Below, piece after piece: positions 7,474 through 13,397 of a DNA stretch of 13,397 nucleotides. How positions within the stretch are numbered: position 1 is the stretch's first letter; every line of letters starts with the position of its first letter. Source of the stretch: a virus (lineage: Duplodnaviria > Heunggongvirae > Uroviricota > Caudoviricetes); IMG/VR virus record IMGVR_UViG_2671180674_000013, one strand, 5' to 3'. A program made the translations under genes and the position numbers. Below the pieces are notes generated by a model. That model searched no databases, was not told the origin of the DNA, and saw nothing but the letters and a program-made list of their open reading frames with translations.

Positions 7474-8217
7474 TCAGCCCTCTGCCTGTTCGTGGGATTT
7501 TTCTGCCAGTTCAGCGGCAAGTTTCATCCGTCTGGCCGGGCTTCTTAACAGCGCCATATCAACCCCGGTTATGACCGGGCGATTCATGCCCGTTACGGAC
7601 AGGACCGGCTCCTGCTCCATATCAAAATGATACAGGGCTGACTGCATATTCAGGGCATCACCCAGCTCGCGGGTCACGGTCGCACGCGGCGAGGTATCTC
7701 CACTCATTTCCAGCGACCGTATACGCAACAGAAAGGCACGTAACAGTGCAGGATTGATACCGGTCAGCGCCTTCTTCCACTCGCTGTTGGCGTAGGTAGT
7801 GAACGCTTTTTCATGGGCGCTGATATAAGCCGTACCGGAGGAGCATGCGCCAAGCATGGCGTGGCTTTTGTCTTTCTCCAGCTCGGTAATCAGACCGGTG
7901 AACTCATCAGCCAGTTCGCGGCTGGCGATACGTTTGCTGTGTTCAGCTTTCAGTTCAGGAGTGAGGTTGCCGCGCAGAGTTCGAAAGCGGCTGCGCCAGT
8001 CCTGTTCGGCCTGTGCGCTTTCACTGAGGGCGGTCTGTCGTTCCTGCTCACAACGCTGAATGGAAGCCTCAATGTCGCTGAGTTTACCCATGCAGGCCGA
8101 GTGTGCGTCTTTTGCTTCGTTAAGTGCGGCCAGCGCACCGGCAATACGTTGTTCCGCGCCTTCATCCTGTTTACTGATAACGGTCTGCATGGCTTTGATA
8201 ATGAGTTCGGGTTTCAT
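7474..8217 (-). CDS. Sid-like protein (capsid size determination scaffold), by position
   Basis: First gene of the late operon, just upstream of the ogr/delta-like gene. Start placed at the ATG complementary to 8215-8217, which has GGAG 9 nt upstream and gives 247 aa (P4 Sid is about 244 aa). The ORF track extends it to 8283 without an RBS and into the putative promoter. Confidence 0.45.
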   Translation of the reverse strand: MKPELIIKAMQTVISKQDEGAEQRIAGALAALNEAKDAHSACMGKLSDIEASIQRCEQERQTALSESAQAEQDWRSRFRTLRGNLTPELKAEHSKRIASRELADEFTGLITELEKDKSHAMLGACSSGTAYISAHEKAFTTYANSEWKKALTGINPALLRAFLLRIRSLEMSGDTSPRATVTRELGDALNMQSALYHFDMEQEPVLSVTGMNRPVITGVDMALLRSPARRMKLAAELAEKSHEQAEG

Positions 8218-8289
8218 GTTCAGGTTCTCCGTATGTTCAACCTGAAATGATTCTGACGCCTCCTGCACAACAACACGATTCATTGCCGT

Positions 8290-8307
8290 TGTCAGAGTGC
8301 TGGCACA
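8290..8307. promoter_or_regulatory. TGT-N12-ACA dyad: candidate Ogr/Delta binding site of the late (Psid-like) promoter
   Basis: TGTCAGAGTGCTGGCACA at 8290-8307. The dyad centre is about 80 nt upstream of the proposed sid-like start, which would place it near -55 relative to a plausible transcription start, as in P2/P4 late promoters. Confidence 0.45.
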
Positions 8308-8385
8308 AACAGACCTTAAAATCAGGCTGGCCAGAGAAAGGTCGCAGGAAAACCTTACTCACCGTTTGTTTTTTTACTTATAACT

Positions 8386-8488
8386 ATTCACCACTGTTCA
8401 CCTTAAATAAAAAGATAAGTAATACAGTAAGTTAAATGGTGAACAGTTGAAGGTCTGACTGTTCACCGTCTGTTCACCACTGTTCACC
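8386..8488. repeat. iteron cluster of TGTTCACC octamers (P4 crr-like alpha-binding region)
   Basis: Perfect TGTTCACC at 8395-8402, 8460-8467, 8471-8478 and 8481-8488. Inverted copy GGTGAACA at 8438-8445. Degenerate ATTCACC at 8386-8392. Confidence 0.7.
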
Positions 8489-8570
8489 CTTCAGTTTTGC
8501 TCTGGCTATATCATTTAGACTTTATTACGATTGAAAACGAAGAATATATAACTAAAAGAGATATTAATTG

Positions 8571-8627
8571 CTGCATTGTAATGCAGTGATTTGCATATGT
8601 TTGCCAGCGTTTGCCTTTGTTTGCCAG
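8571..8627. promoter_or_regulatory. palindrome plus helically phased GTTTGCC repeats in the promoter region of the alpA-like operon
   Basis: Perfect 16-nt palindrome CTGCATTGTAATGCAG at 8571-8586. GTTTGCC at 8599, 8609 and 8619 (10-bp phasing), with TGTTTGCCAG repeated at 8598-8607 and 8618-8627. Confidence 0.4.
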
Positions 8628-8754
8628 AGCGAAAAGTCAATGTTTGTTTCCCCGAAAATCTCACATGACCTGAGGGAAAATATAAACATAATAAGGAGCT
8701 ACCCGAAGCCGGACGGACACGACCGGCACTGTATGGACTTTGTGAGGTAGCCCG

Positions 8755-9021
8755 ATGCACACCGCTTTTTCTTCCCCGTCTTCTGCCCCTGCCGCGCCGC
8801 TGATGCCGGTTTCTGATACCGTTCACGAGCGCTTTATCCGTCTGCCCGAAGTGATGCATCTGTGCGGCCTGTCCCGCTCGACCATTTACGACCTCATCAG
8901 CCGGGAAGCCTTCCCGAAACAAATCTCCCTCGGCGGAAAAAACGTGGCGTGGGCGCAGTCTGAAATCACTGCATGGATGGCGGATCGCATTGCCGAACGT
9001 AACCGGGGCTATGACGCATGA
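8755..9021 (+). CDS. alpA: AlpA-family phage transcriptional regulator (MerR-like HTH)
   Basis: The segment [47 protein letters not shown] matches the AlpA helix-turn-helix pattern (RLP.V....G.SR.TIY......FP.....G...V.W...EI..W). GAGG lies 8 nt before ATG 8755. Confidence 0.7.
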   Translation: MHTAFSSPSSAPAAPLMPVSDTVHERFIRLPEVMHLCGLSRSTIYDLISREAFPKQISLGGKNVAWAQSEITAWMADRIAERNRGYDA

Positions 9022-9148
9022 TGATGGCCGCTCAGCAAAAAGCCCCTTTTTCTGGCTTGCTTCTTTTCGCCGTTTCCAGGTATAGTTTTCCCGCTGTCGC
9101 AAAATCGGCAGCCGGGATTGGCGTCCCGTTTACAACATTGGCGACACC

Positions 9149-9171
9149 GGACGCGCCTTGCGTCTTTTTTT
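9149..9171 (+). terminator. short-stem intrinsic terminator in the leader downstream of the alpA-like gene
   Basis: GACGC (9150-9154) pairs with GCGTC (9160-9164) around a 5-nt loop, followed by seven T (9165-9171). The stem is only 5 bp, so it is weak or conditional. Confidence 0.35.
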
Positions 9172-9374
9172 GTGTCTATGCCTCAGCGCATCCATTTTTG
9201 ATCCAGAGATTTATCTGTCTATGGATCCTTCGTGTAATGGTGGCTCAGGCGGGGGCTTCTCACGAAGCGCCGGTTTCCAATGTTGCCGGTTACGCCAACC
9301 CCGTCTGGGCTACCACCAGTGAAATTGGCGTTTCCAGTGGTAGCAGTCACATGCAAACATTGGAGGTTGCCACT

Positions 9375-9569
9375 ATGGCTACGACCCTCACCCCGTCACA
9401 CCCGCAGTTTGTCTTTGTGTTTGCCGCCGTTCGTCGCGCAGACCGTAAACCCCGTATTTGCATGCTGCGCACCGTTGCCGGTGACGAGCACGCCGCACGC
9501 CTTTCCCTCGTTCGCGATTACATCCTCTCGTTCGCTGGCCGTCTGCCGGTTGCGGAGGTGCGCGCATGA
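9375..9569 (+). CDS. hypothetical small protein (64 aa)
   Basis: Strong GGAGG at 9362-9366, 8-nt spacer, ATG 9375. The longer 9018-start form in the ORF track has non-protein-like composition upstream of this ATG. Confidence 0.5.
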   Translation: MATTLTPSHPQFVFVFAAVRRADRKPRICMLRTVAGDEHAARLSLVRDYILSFAGRLPVAEVRA

Positions 9570-9793
9570 GACACACCACCATTACTGCCCGTGACCTCGA
9601 ATGTCTGGAGCATATGCGCAATGTCGGCCAGCTCGTCAGCGACCTGATGCAGGTGCAGGACTGCGCCACCGTTCGTCGTGACCCTGCGCAGCAGTTACAG
9701 CTCACCTCCGTGATTTACCTCATGACCGCCCAGCTCGACGGCGTGGTCGAACGCTGCAATCAGCAGTGGCTGACCGGGGAGGGTAACGTATGA
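9566..9793 (+). CDS. hypothetical protein (75 aa), translationally coupled
   Basis: ATGA start/stop overlap with the preceding ORF at 9566-9569; acidic, helical-looking sequence. Confidence 0.5.
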   Translation: MRHTTITARDLECLEHMRNVGQLVSDLMQVQDCATVRRDPAQQLQLTSVIYLMTAQLDGVVERCNQQWLTGEGNV

Positions 9794-10110
9794 AAAAGCC
9801 ATTACCACCCGTATTACGCGCCGCGCTGTATCGTCGCGCCGTGGCCTGTGCATGGCTGACCCTGTGCGAACGCCAGCACCGCTACCCGCACCTCACCCTC
9901 GACGCGCTGGAAAGCGCCATTGCCGCCGAGCTGGAGGGCTTCTACCTGCGCCAGCACGGCGAGGAAAAAGGCCGTCAGATTGCCTGTGCCCTGCTCGAAG
10001 ATTTAATGGAAGCCGGACCACTGAAAGCCGCCCCGTCGCTGTCCTTTCTCGGGCTGGCCGTGATGGATGAACTCTGCGCCCGTCATATCACCGCACCGGC
10101 ACTGCACTGA
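9790..10110 (+). CDS. hypothetical protein (106 aa), translationally coupled
   Basis: ATGA overlap at 9790-9793. Directly precedes the primase gene, in the position of the P4 epsilon/accessory genes. Confidence 0.5.
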   Translation: MKKPLPPVLRAALYRRAVACAWLTLCERQHRYPHLTLDALESAIAAELEGFYLRQHGEEKGRQIACALLEDLMEAGPLKAAPSLSFLGLAVMDELCARHITAPALH

Positions 10111-10121
10111 GGGAAAACACC

Positions 10122-12455
10122 ATGAAAATGAACGTAACGGACACCGTAAAACAGGCGTGCGGCCACTGGCCGCGCATTCTCCCTGCGCTGGGTGTGAAGG
10201 TGATTAAAAACCGCCATCAGTCCTGCCCGGTGTGCGGCGGCTCCGACCGCTTTCGCTTTGACGATAAAGAGGGGCGCGGGACGTGGTTCTGTAACCAGTG
10301 CGGCGCGGGAGACGGCCTGAAACTGGTAGAGAAAGTGTTCGGCATGACCCCGTCAGAGGCGGCCGGGAAGGTGAACGCCGTGACCGGCAACCTGCCGCCG
10401 GTTTCCCCGGAAGTGACTGCGGCCGCAGAGGCCGAAACTGTGGCCGACCGCAAAGCGGCGGCCGCGCTGGCCGTCAGGATCATGGAGAAAACCCGACCGG
10501 CCACCGGCAATGCCTACCTCACCCGCAAGGGTTTCCCCGACCGGGAATGTCTGACGCTCACCGTCATGCATAAAACCGGCGGCGTGACGTTCCGCGCCGG
10601 TGATGTGGTTGTCCCGCTGTATGAGGATACCGGCACACTGGTTAACCTTCAGCTTATCAATGCTGACGGTCTCAAGCGCACCCTGAAAGGCGGTCAGGTC
10701 AAAGGTGCATGCCATACCATTGAAGGGCAAAAACAGGCGGGAAAACGCCTGTGGATTGCGGAGGGTTATGCGACCGCGCTCACCGTGCATCACCTGACCG
10801 GGGAAACCGTCATGGTGGCGCTGTCCTCCGTGAACCTCCTTTCTCTGGCGAGCCTTACCCGTCAGAAGTCCCCGGCCTGTCAGATTGTGCTGGCCGCTGA
10901 CCGTGACCTGAACGGCGACGGCCAGAGCAAAGCCGCTGCGGCCGCAGATGCCTGTGAGGGCATTGTTGCCCTGCCGCCGGTGTTCGGTGACTGGAATGAT
11001 GCGTTTATGCAGAAAGGTGAAGAGGCCACGCGGAAAGCCATTTATGACGCCATCCGGCCACCGGCGCAAAGTCCGTTTGATACCATGAGCGAAGCGGAAT
11101 TTACCGCCATGAGCGCCAGCGACAAGGCCTTGCGGGTGCATGAGCATTACGGCGAAGCGCTGGCGGTGGATGCGAACGGCCAGCTCCTGTCCCGCTATGA
11201 AAACGGCATCTGGAAAAATATCCCTGCCGCCACTTTCTCACGGAATGTGGCTGACTTATTCCAGCGTCTGCGCGCCCCGTTCTCGTCCGGGAAAATTGCC
11301 TCGGTAGTGGAGACCCTGAAACTGATTATTCCGCAGCAGGATACACCGGCACGTCGTCTGATTGGCTTTCGCAACGGGGTACTCGATACCCAAAGCGGCG
11401 TATTCAGCCCGCACCATAAATCGCACTGGCTGCGCACGCTGTGCGACGTGGATTTTACCCCGCCGGTGGACGGGGAAACGCTGGAGACTCACGCGCCAAA
11501 CTTCTGGCGCTGGCTCGACCGTGCAGCCGGTAAAAACCCACAAAAACGCGACGTGATTCTGGCCGCGCTTTTTATGGTGCTGGCGAACCGTTACGACTGG
11601 CAGCTCTTTCTCGAAGTGACCGGTCCCGGCGGGAGTGGCAAAAGTATTCTGGCCGAAATCGCGACCCTGCTCGCCGGAGAGGATAACGCCACGTCGGCCG
11701 ACATCGACACGCTGGAAGACCCGCGCAAGCGAGCATCCCTGATTGGCTTCTCGCTAATCCGTCTGCCTGACCAGGAAAAATGGAGCGGTGACGGCGCAGG
11801 ACTCAAGGCAATCACCGGCGGCGATGCGGTCTCGGTTGACCCGAAATACCAGAACCCCTATTCCACGCATATTCCGGCTGTAATTCTGGCCGTGAACAAC
11901 AACCCGATGCGCTTCACCGACCGCAGCGGCGGCGTGTCGCGTCGCCGGGTGATTATTCACTTCCCGGAGCAGATTGCCCCGGAGGAACGCGACCCGCAGC
12001 TCAGGGATAAAATTGCGCGCGAGCTGGCCGTCATTGTGCGCCAGCTTATGCAGAAATTCAGCGACCCGATGACCGCGCGCACACTGCTCCAGTCGCAGCA
12101 GAACTCCGACGAGGCACTCAGCATCAAGCGCGATGCTGACCCGACGTTTGATTTTTGCGGCTATCTGGAAATGCTGCCGCAGACCAACGGGATGTTTATG
12201 GGGAATGCCAGCATCATCCCGCGTAATTATCGTAAATATCTCTATCACGCGTATCTGGCCTATATGGAGGCTAACGGCTACAGGAACGTGCTCAGCCTGA
12301 AAATGTTCGGGCTGGGGCTGCCCATGATGCTGAAAGAGTACGGCCTGAATTATGAGAAGCGGCACACCAAGCAGGGGATACAAACCAATCTGTCGCTGAA
12401 AGAGGAAAGCTACGGAGACTGGTTGCCGAAGTGCGATGACCCCACAGCAACATAA
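10122..12455 (+). CDS. P4 alpha-type bifunctional primase/helicase
   Basis: 777 aa, the same length as P4 alpha. N-terminal zinc-ribbon C-P-V-C-G-G...C-N-Q-C-G, a Toprim-like LWIAEGYATALTVH...AADRD segment, and a Walker A GPGGSGKS (from VTGPGGSGKSIL) in the C-terminal helicase half. GC-rich, with iterons following. Confidence 0.9.
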   Translation: MKMNVTDTVKQACGHWPRILPALGVKVIKNRHQSCPVCGGSDRFRFDDKEGRGTWFCNQCGAGDGLKLVEKVFGMTPSEAAGKVNAVTGNLPPVSPEVTAAAEAETVADRKAAAALAVRIMEKTRPATGNAYLTRKGFPDRECLTLTVMHKTGGVTFRAGDVVVPLYEDTGTLVNLQLINADGLKRTLKGGQVKGACHTIEGQKQAGKRLWIAEGYATALTVHHLTGETVMVALSSVNLLSLASLTRQKSPACQIVLAADRDLNGDGQSKAAAAADACEGIVALPPVFGDWNDAFMQKGEEATRKAIYDAIRPPAQSPFDTMSEAEFTAMSASDKALRVHEHYGEALAVDANGQLLSRYENGIWKNIPAATFSRNVADLFQRLRAPFSSGKIASVVETLKLIIPQQDTPARRLIGFRNGVLDTQSGVFSPHHKSHWLRTLCDVDFTPPVDGETLETHAPNFWRWLDRAAGKNPQKRDVILAALFMVLANRYDWQLFLEVTGPGGSGKSILAEIATLLAGEDNATSADIDTLEDPRKRASLIGFSLIRLPDQEKWSGDGAGLKAITGGDAVSVDPKYQNPYSTHIPAVILAVNNNPMRFTDRSGGVSRRRVIIHFPEQIAPEERDPQLRDKIARELAVIVRQLMQKFSDPMTARTLLQSQQNSDEALSIKRDADPTFDFCGYLEMLPQTNGMFMGNASIIPRNYRKYLYHAYLAYMEANGYRNVLSLKMFGLGLPMMLKEYGLNYEKRHTKQGIQTNLSLKEESYGDWLPKCDDPTAT

Positions 12456-12463
12456 CCTCACTC

Positions 12464-12490
12464 AGACCGGCATCAGCCGGTCTTTTCCTT
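12464..12490 (+). terminator. rho-independent terminator after the primase gene
   Basis: AGACCGG (12464-12470) pairs with CCGGTCT (12477-12483) around a 6-nt loop, followed by TTTTCCTTTC. Confidence 0.6.
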
Positions 12491-12507
12491 TCTGACCATT
12501 GCCACAG

Positions 12508-12792
12508 GGTGAACAATCCACTGTTCACCCTTCACCGTATATTCACCCTGTATCACCATGAAATTATTGATAAAAAACCAGAGGTGAACAGTGTGAATAG
12601 TAAAACCTGAAAAAACTTTTTATCCCTCCACCACATCGCCTGACCGGGCGCATCCAGAGCGAGAAAAAAACACAAAGGTGAAGAGTCGACTGTTCACTCT
12701 TCACCAACTCATCACCATTTATCTTTATGATTTAAAATAGAAAATAAGCATGGTGAACAGTGTGAACAGTTAAATGCAAAAAAACTTTTTTT
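12508..12792. repeat. iteron cluster of TGTTCACC/GGTGAACA octamers with A/T-tract elements (P4 ori-like)
   Basis: GGTGAACA at 12508-12515, 12583-12590 and 12752-12759. TGTTCACC at 12522-12529. Near-copies at 12531-12537, 12541-12548, 12677-12684, 12691-12698, 12700-12705 and 12761-12769. Inverted repeat GGTGAAGAGT (12677-12686) / ACTCTTCACC (12696-12705). A5-6CT5-7 tracts at 12609-12623 and 12776-12792. Confidence 0.7.
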
Positions 12793-12858
12793 GAGTATGA
12801 TGTAGCTCTCCATACTTTATGGAAAGATCCAAGTTAGCTGAAAGCCTCACCAAGACAG

Positions 12859-12877
12859 CACGTTAATTCGTAACGTG
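12859..12877. promoter_or_regulatory. inverted repeat (operator-like) just upstream of the terminal AT-rich ORF
   Basis: CACGTTA (12859-12865) and TAACGTG (12871-12877) flank a 5-nt spacer, about 20 nt before ATG 12897. Confidence 0.3.
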
Positions 12878-12896
12878 TTAAGCAAAAGGGAATTTT

Positions 12897-13397
12897 ATGG
12901 GGACTACTTTGCTTCAAGAAAACCATGAAAAAATTTTAAACATACTAAATGAAGCTAAAGATGTGGCGCTAAGGTATTACAAATTAACCAATAAGCCTCT
13001 CGGAATCACTGGAGAAATAGCTGAACATGAAGCTGCAACTCTTCTCGGGTTGTCACTATGTTCAGCACGTCAGTCCGGATACGATGCGACTGAGATTTTG
13101 GACGGGAAAGAATATAGAGTTCAAATCAAAGGTCGATATATGCCTGATCCTAAAAAAGTCTCTGCGAGAATTGGTGCTATTGATATATCTAAGCCATTTG
13201 ATTCTGTTCTTTTAGTTTTGCTTGATGAAAATTATGATGCTTTTGCCATGTATGAAGCATCACGAGATGTAGTAGTCGCAGCTCTTCAAGCTCCGGGGTC
13301 AAAGTCTAGAAATGAGCGAAATCAACTAGGCATAGCAAAATTCAAGTCCATTAGCCGTCTCCGCTGGAGCAAGGTTGCTGAACCTGAGATCCTTTAA
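12897..13397 (+). CDS. hypothetical protein (166 aa), AT-rich accessory gene at the alpha-proximal end of the element
   Basis: Complete frame from ATG 12897 to TAA 13395-13397, with an AGGGA-type RBS upstream. Composition is markedly more AT-rich than the adjacent primase gene. No family recognised. The spaced acidic/basic residues (GEIAEHE...GYDATE...RVQIKGR) are weakly reminiscent of a PD-(D/E)xK-like core, which is speculative. Confidence 0.6.
   Translation: MGTTLLQENHEKILNILNEAKDVALRYYKLTNKPLGITGEIAEHEAATLLGLSLCSARQSGYDATEILDGKEYRVQIKGRYMPDPKKVSARIGAIDISKPFDSVLLVLLDENYDAFAMYEASRDVVVAALQAPGSKSRNERNQLGIAKFKSISRLRWSKVAEPEIL

Noticed and set aside
7813-8250. 145-aa plus-strand ORF
   Set aside because: Antisense to the sid-like gene and overlapped by other shadow frames; no RBS.
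8386-8488. Possibility that the TGTTCACC repeats are a CRISPR array
   Set aside because: The repeat unit is only 8 nt, spacing is irregular and copies occur in both orientations. This is an iteron pattern, not repeat-spacer architecture.
8515-9102. 195-aa minus-strand ORF
   Set aside because: Antisense to the AlpA-like gene and running through the palindrome/promoter region; Arg-rich low-complexity translation.
9018-9569. 183-aa plus-strand ORF starting at ATGATGATG
   Set aside because: The first ~119 residues have very few charged residues and contain the terminator hairpin. The strong RBS sits at 9362-9366 in front of ATG 9375, so only the last 64 codons are called as a gene.
10353-11147. 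264-aa minus-strand ORF inside the primase gene
   Set aside because: Entirely antisense to a well-supported 777-aa gene in GC-rich DNA, where long spurious antisense frames are common. Arg/Gly/Pro-rich junk composition and no RBS.
11754-12461. 235-aa minus-strand ORF overlapping the 3' part of the primase gene
   Set aside because: Same reasoning: an antisense shadow ORF of the alpha-like gene.

Overview
The window spans a junction of two integrative elements at a tmRNA (ssrA) attachment site. Bases 1-2147 are the xis-int end of a lambda-type prophage or integrative element. It abuts a 27-nt copy of the ssrA 3' end plus the ssrA-type terminator (2280-2374). From 2417 to at least 12800 lies a nearly complete P4-like satellite prophage: P4-family integrase, a 2.8-kb cargo slot, a cos-like site, a late operon on the minus strand (sid-like, Ogr/Delta-like, psu-like), a divergent regulatory region with TGTTCACC iterons, an AlpA-like regulator, three small coupled ORFs, a 777-aa alpha-type primase/helicase and a second iteron cluster. 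The cargo slot between int and cos is filled by one strongly AT-rich 878-codon gene with an N-terminal multi-helix membrane anchor and no motif I can assign. This is the best candidate for an undescribed anti-phage defence gene. A second AT-rich ORF of unknown function (166 aa) sits beyond the alpha-proximal iterons at the right edge. All calls are from reading the sequence; no database search or computation was run.
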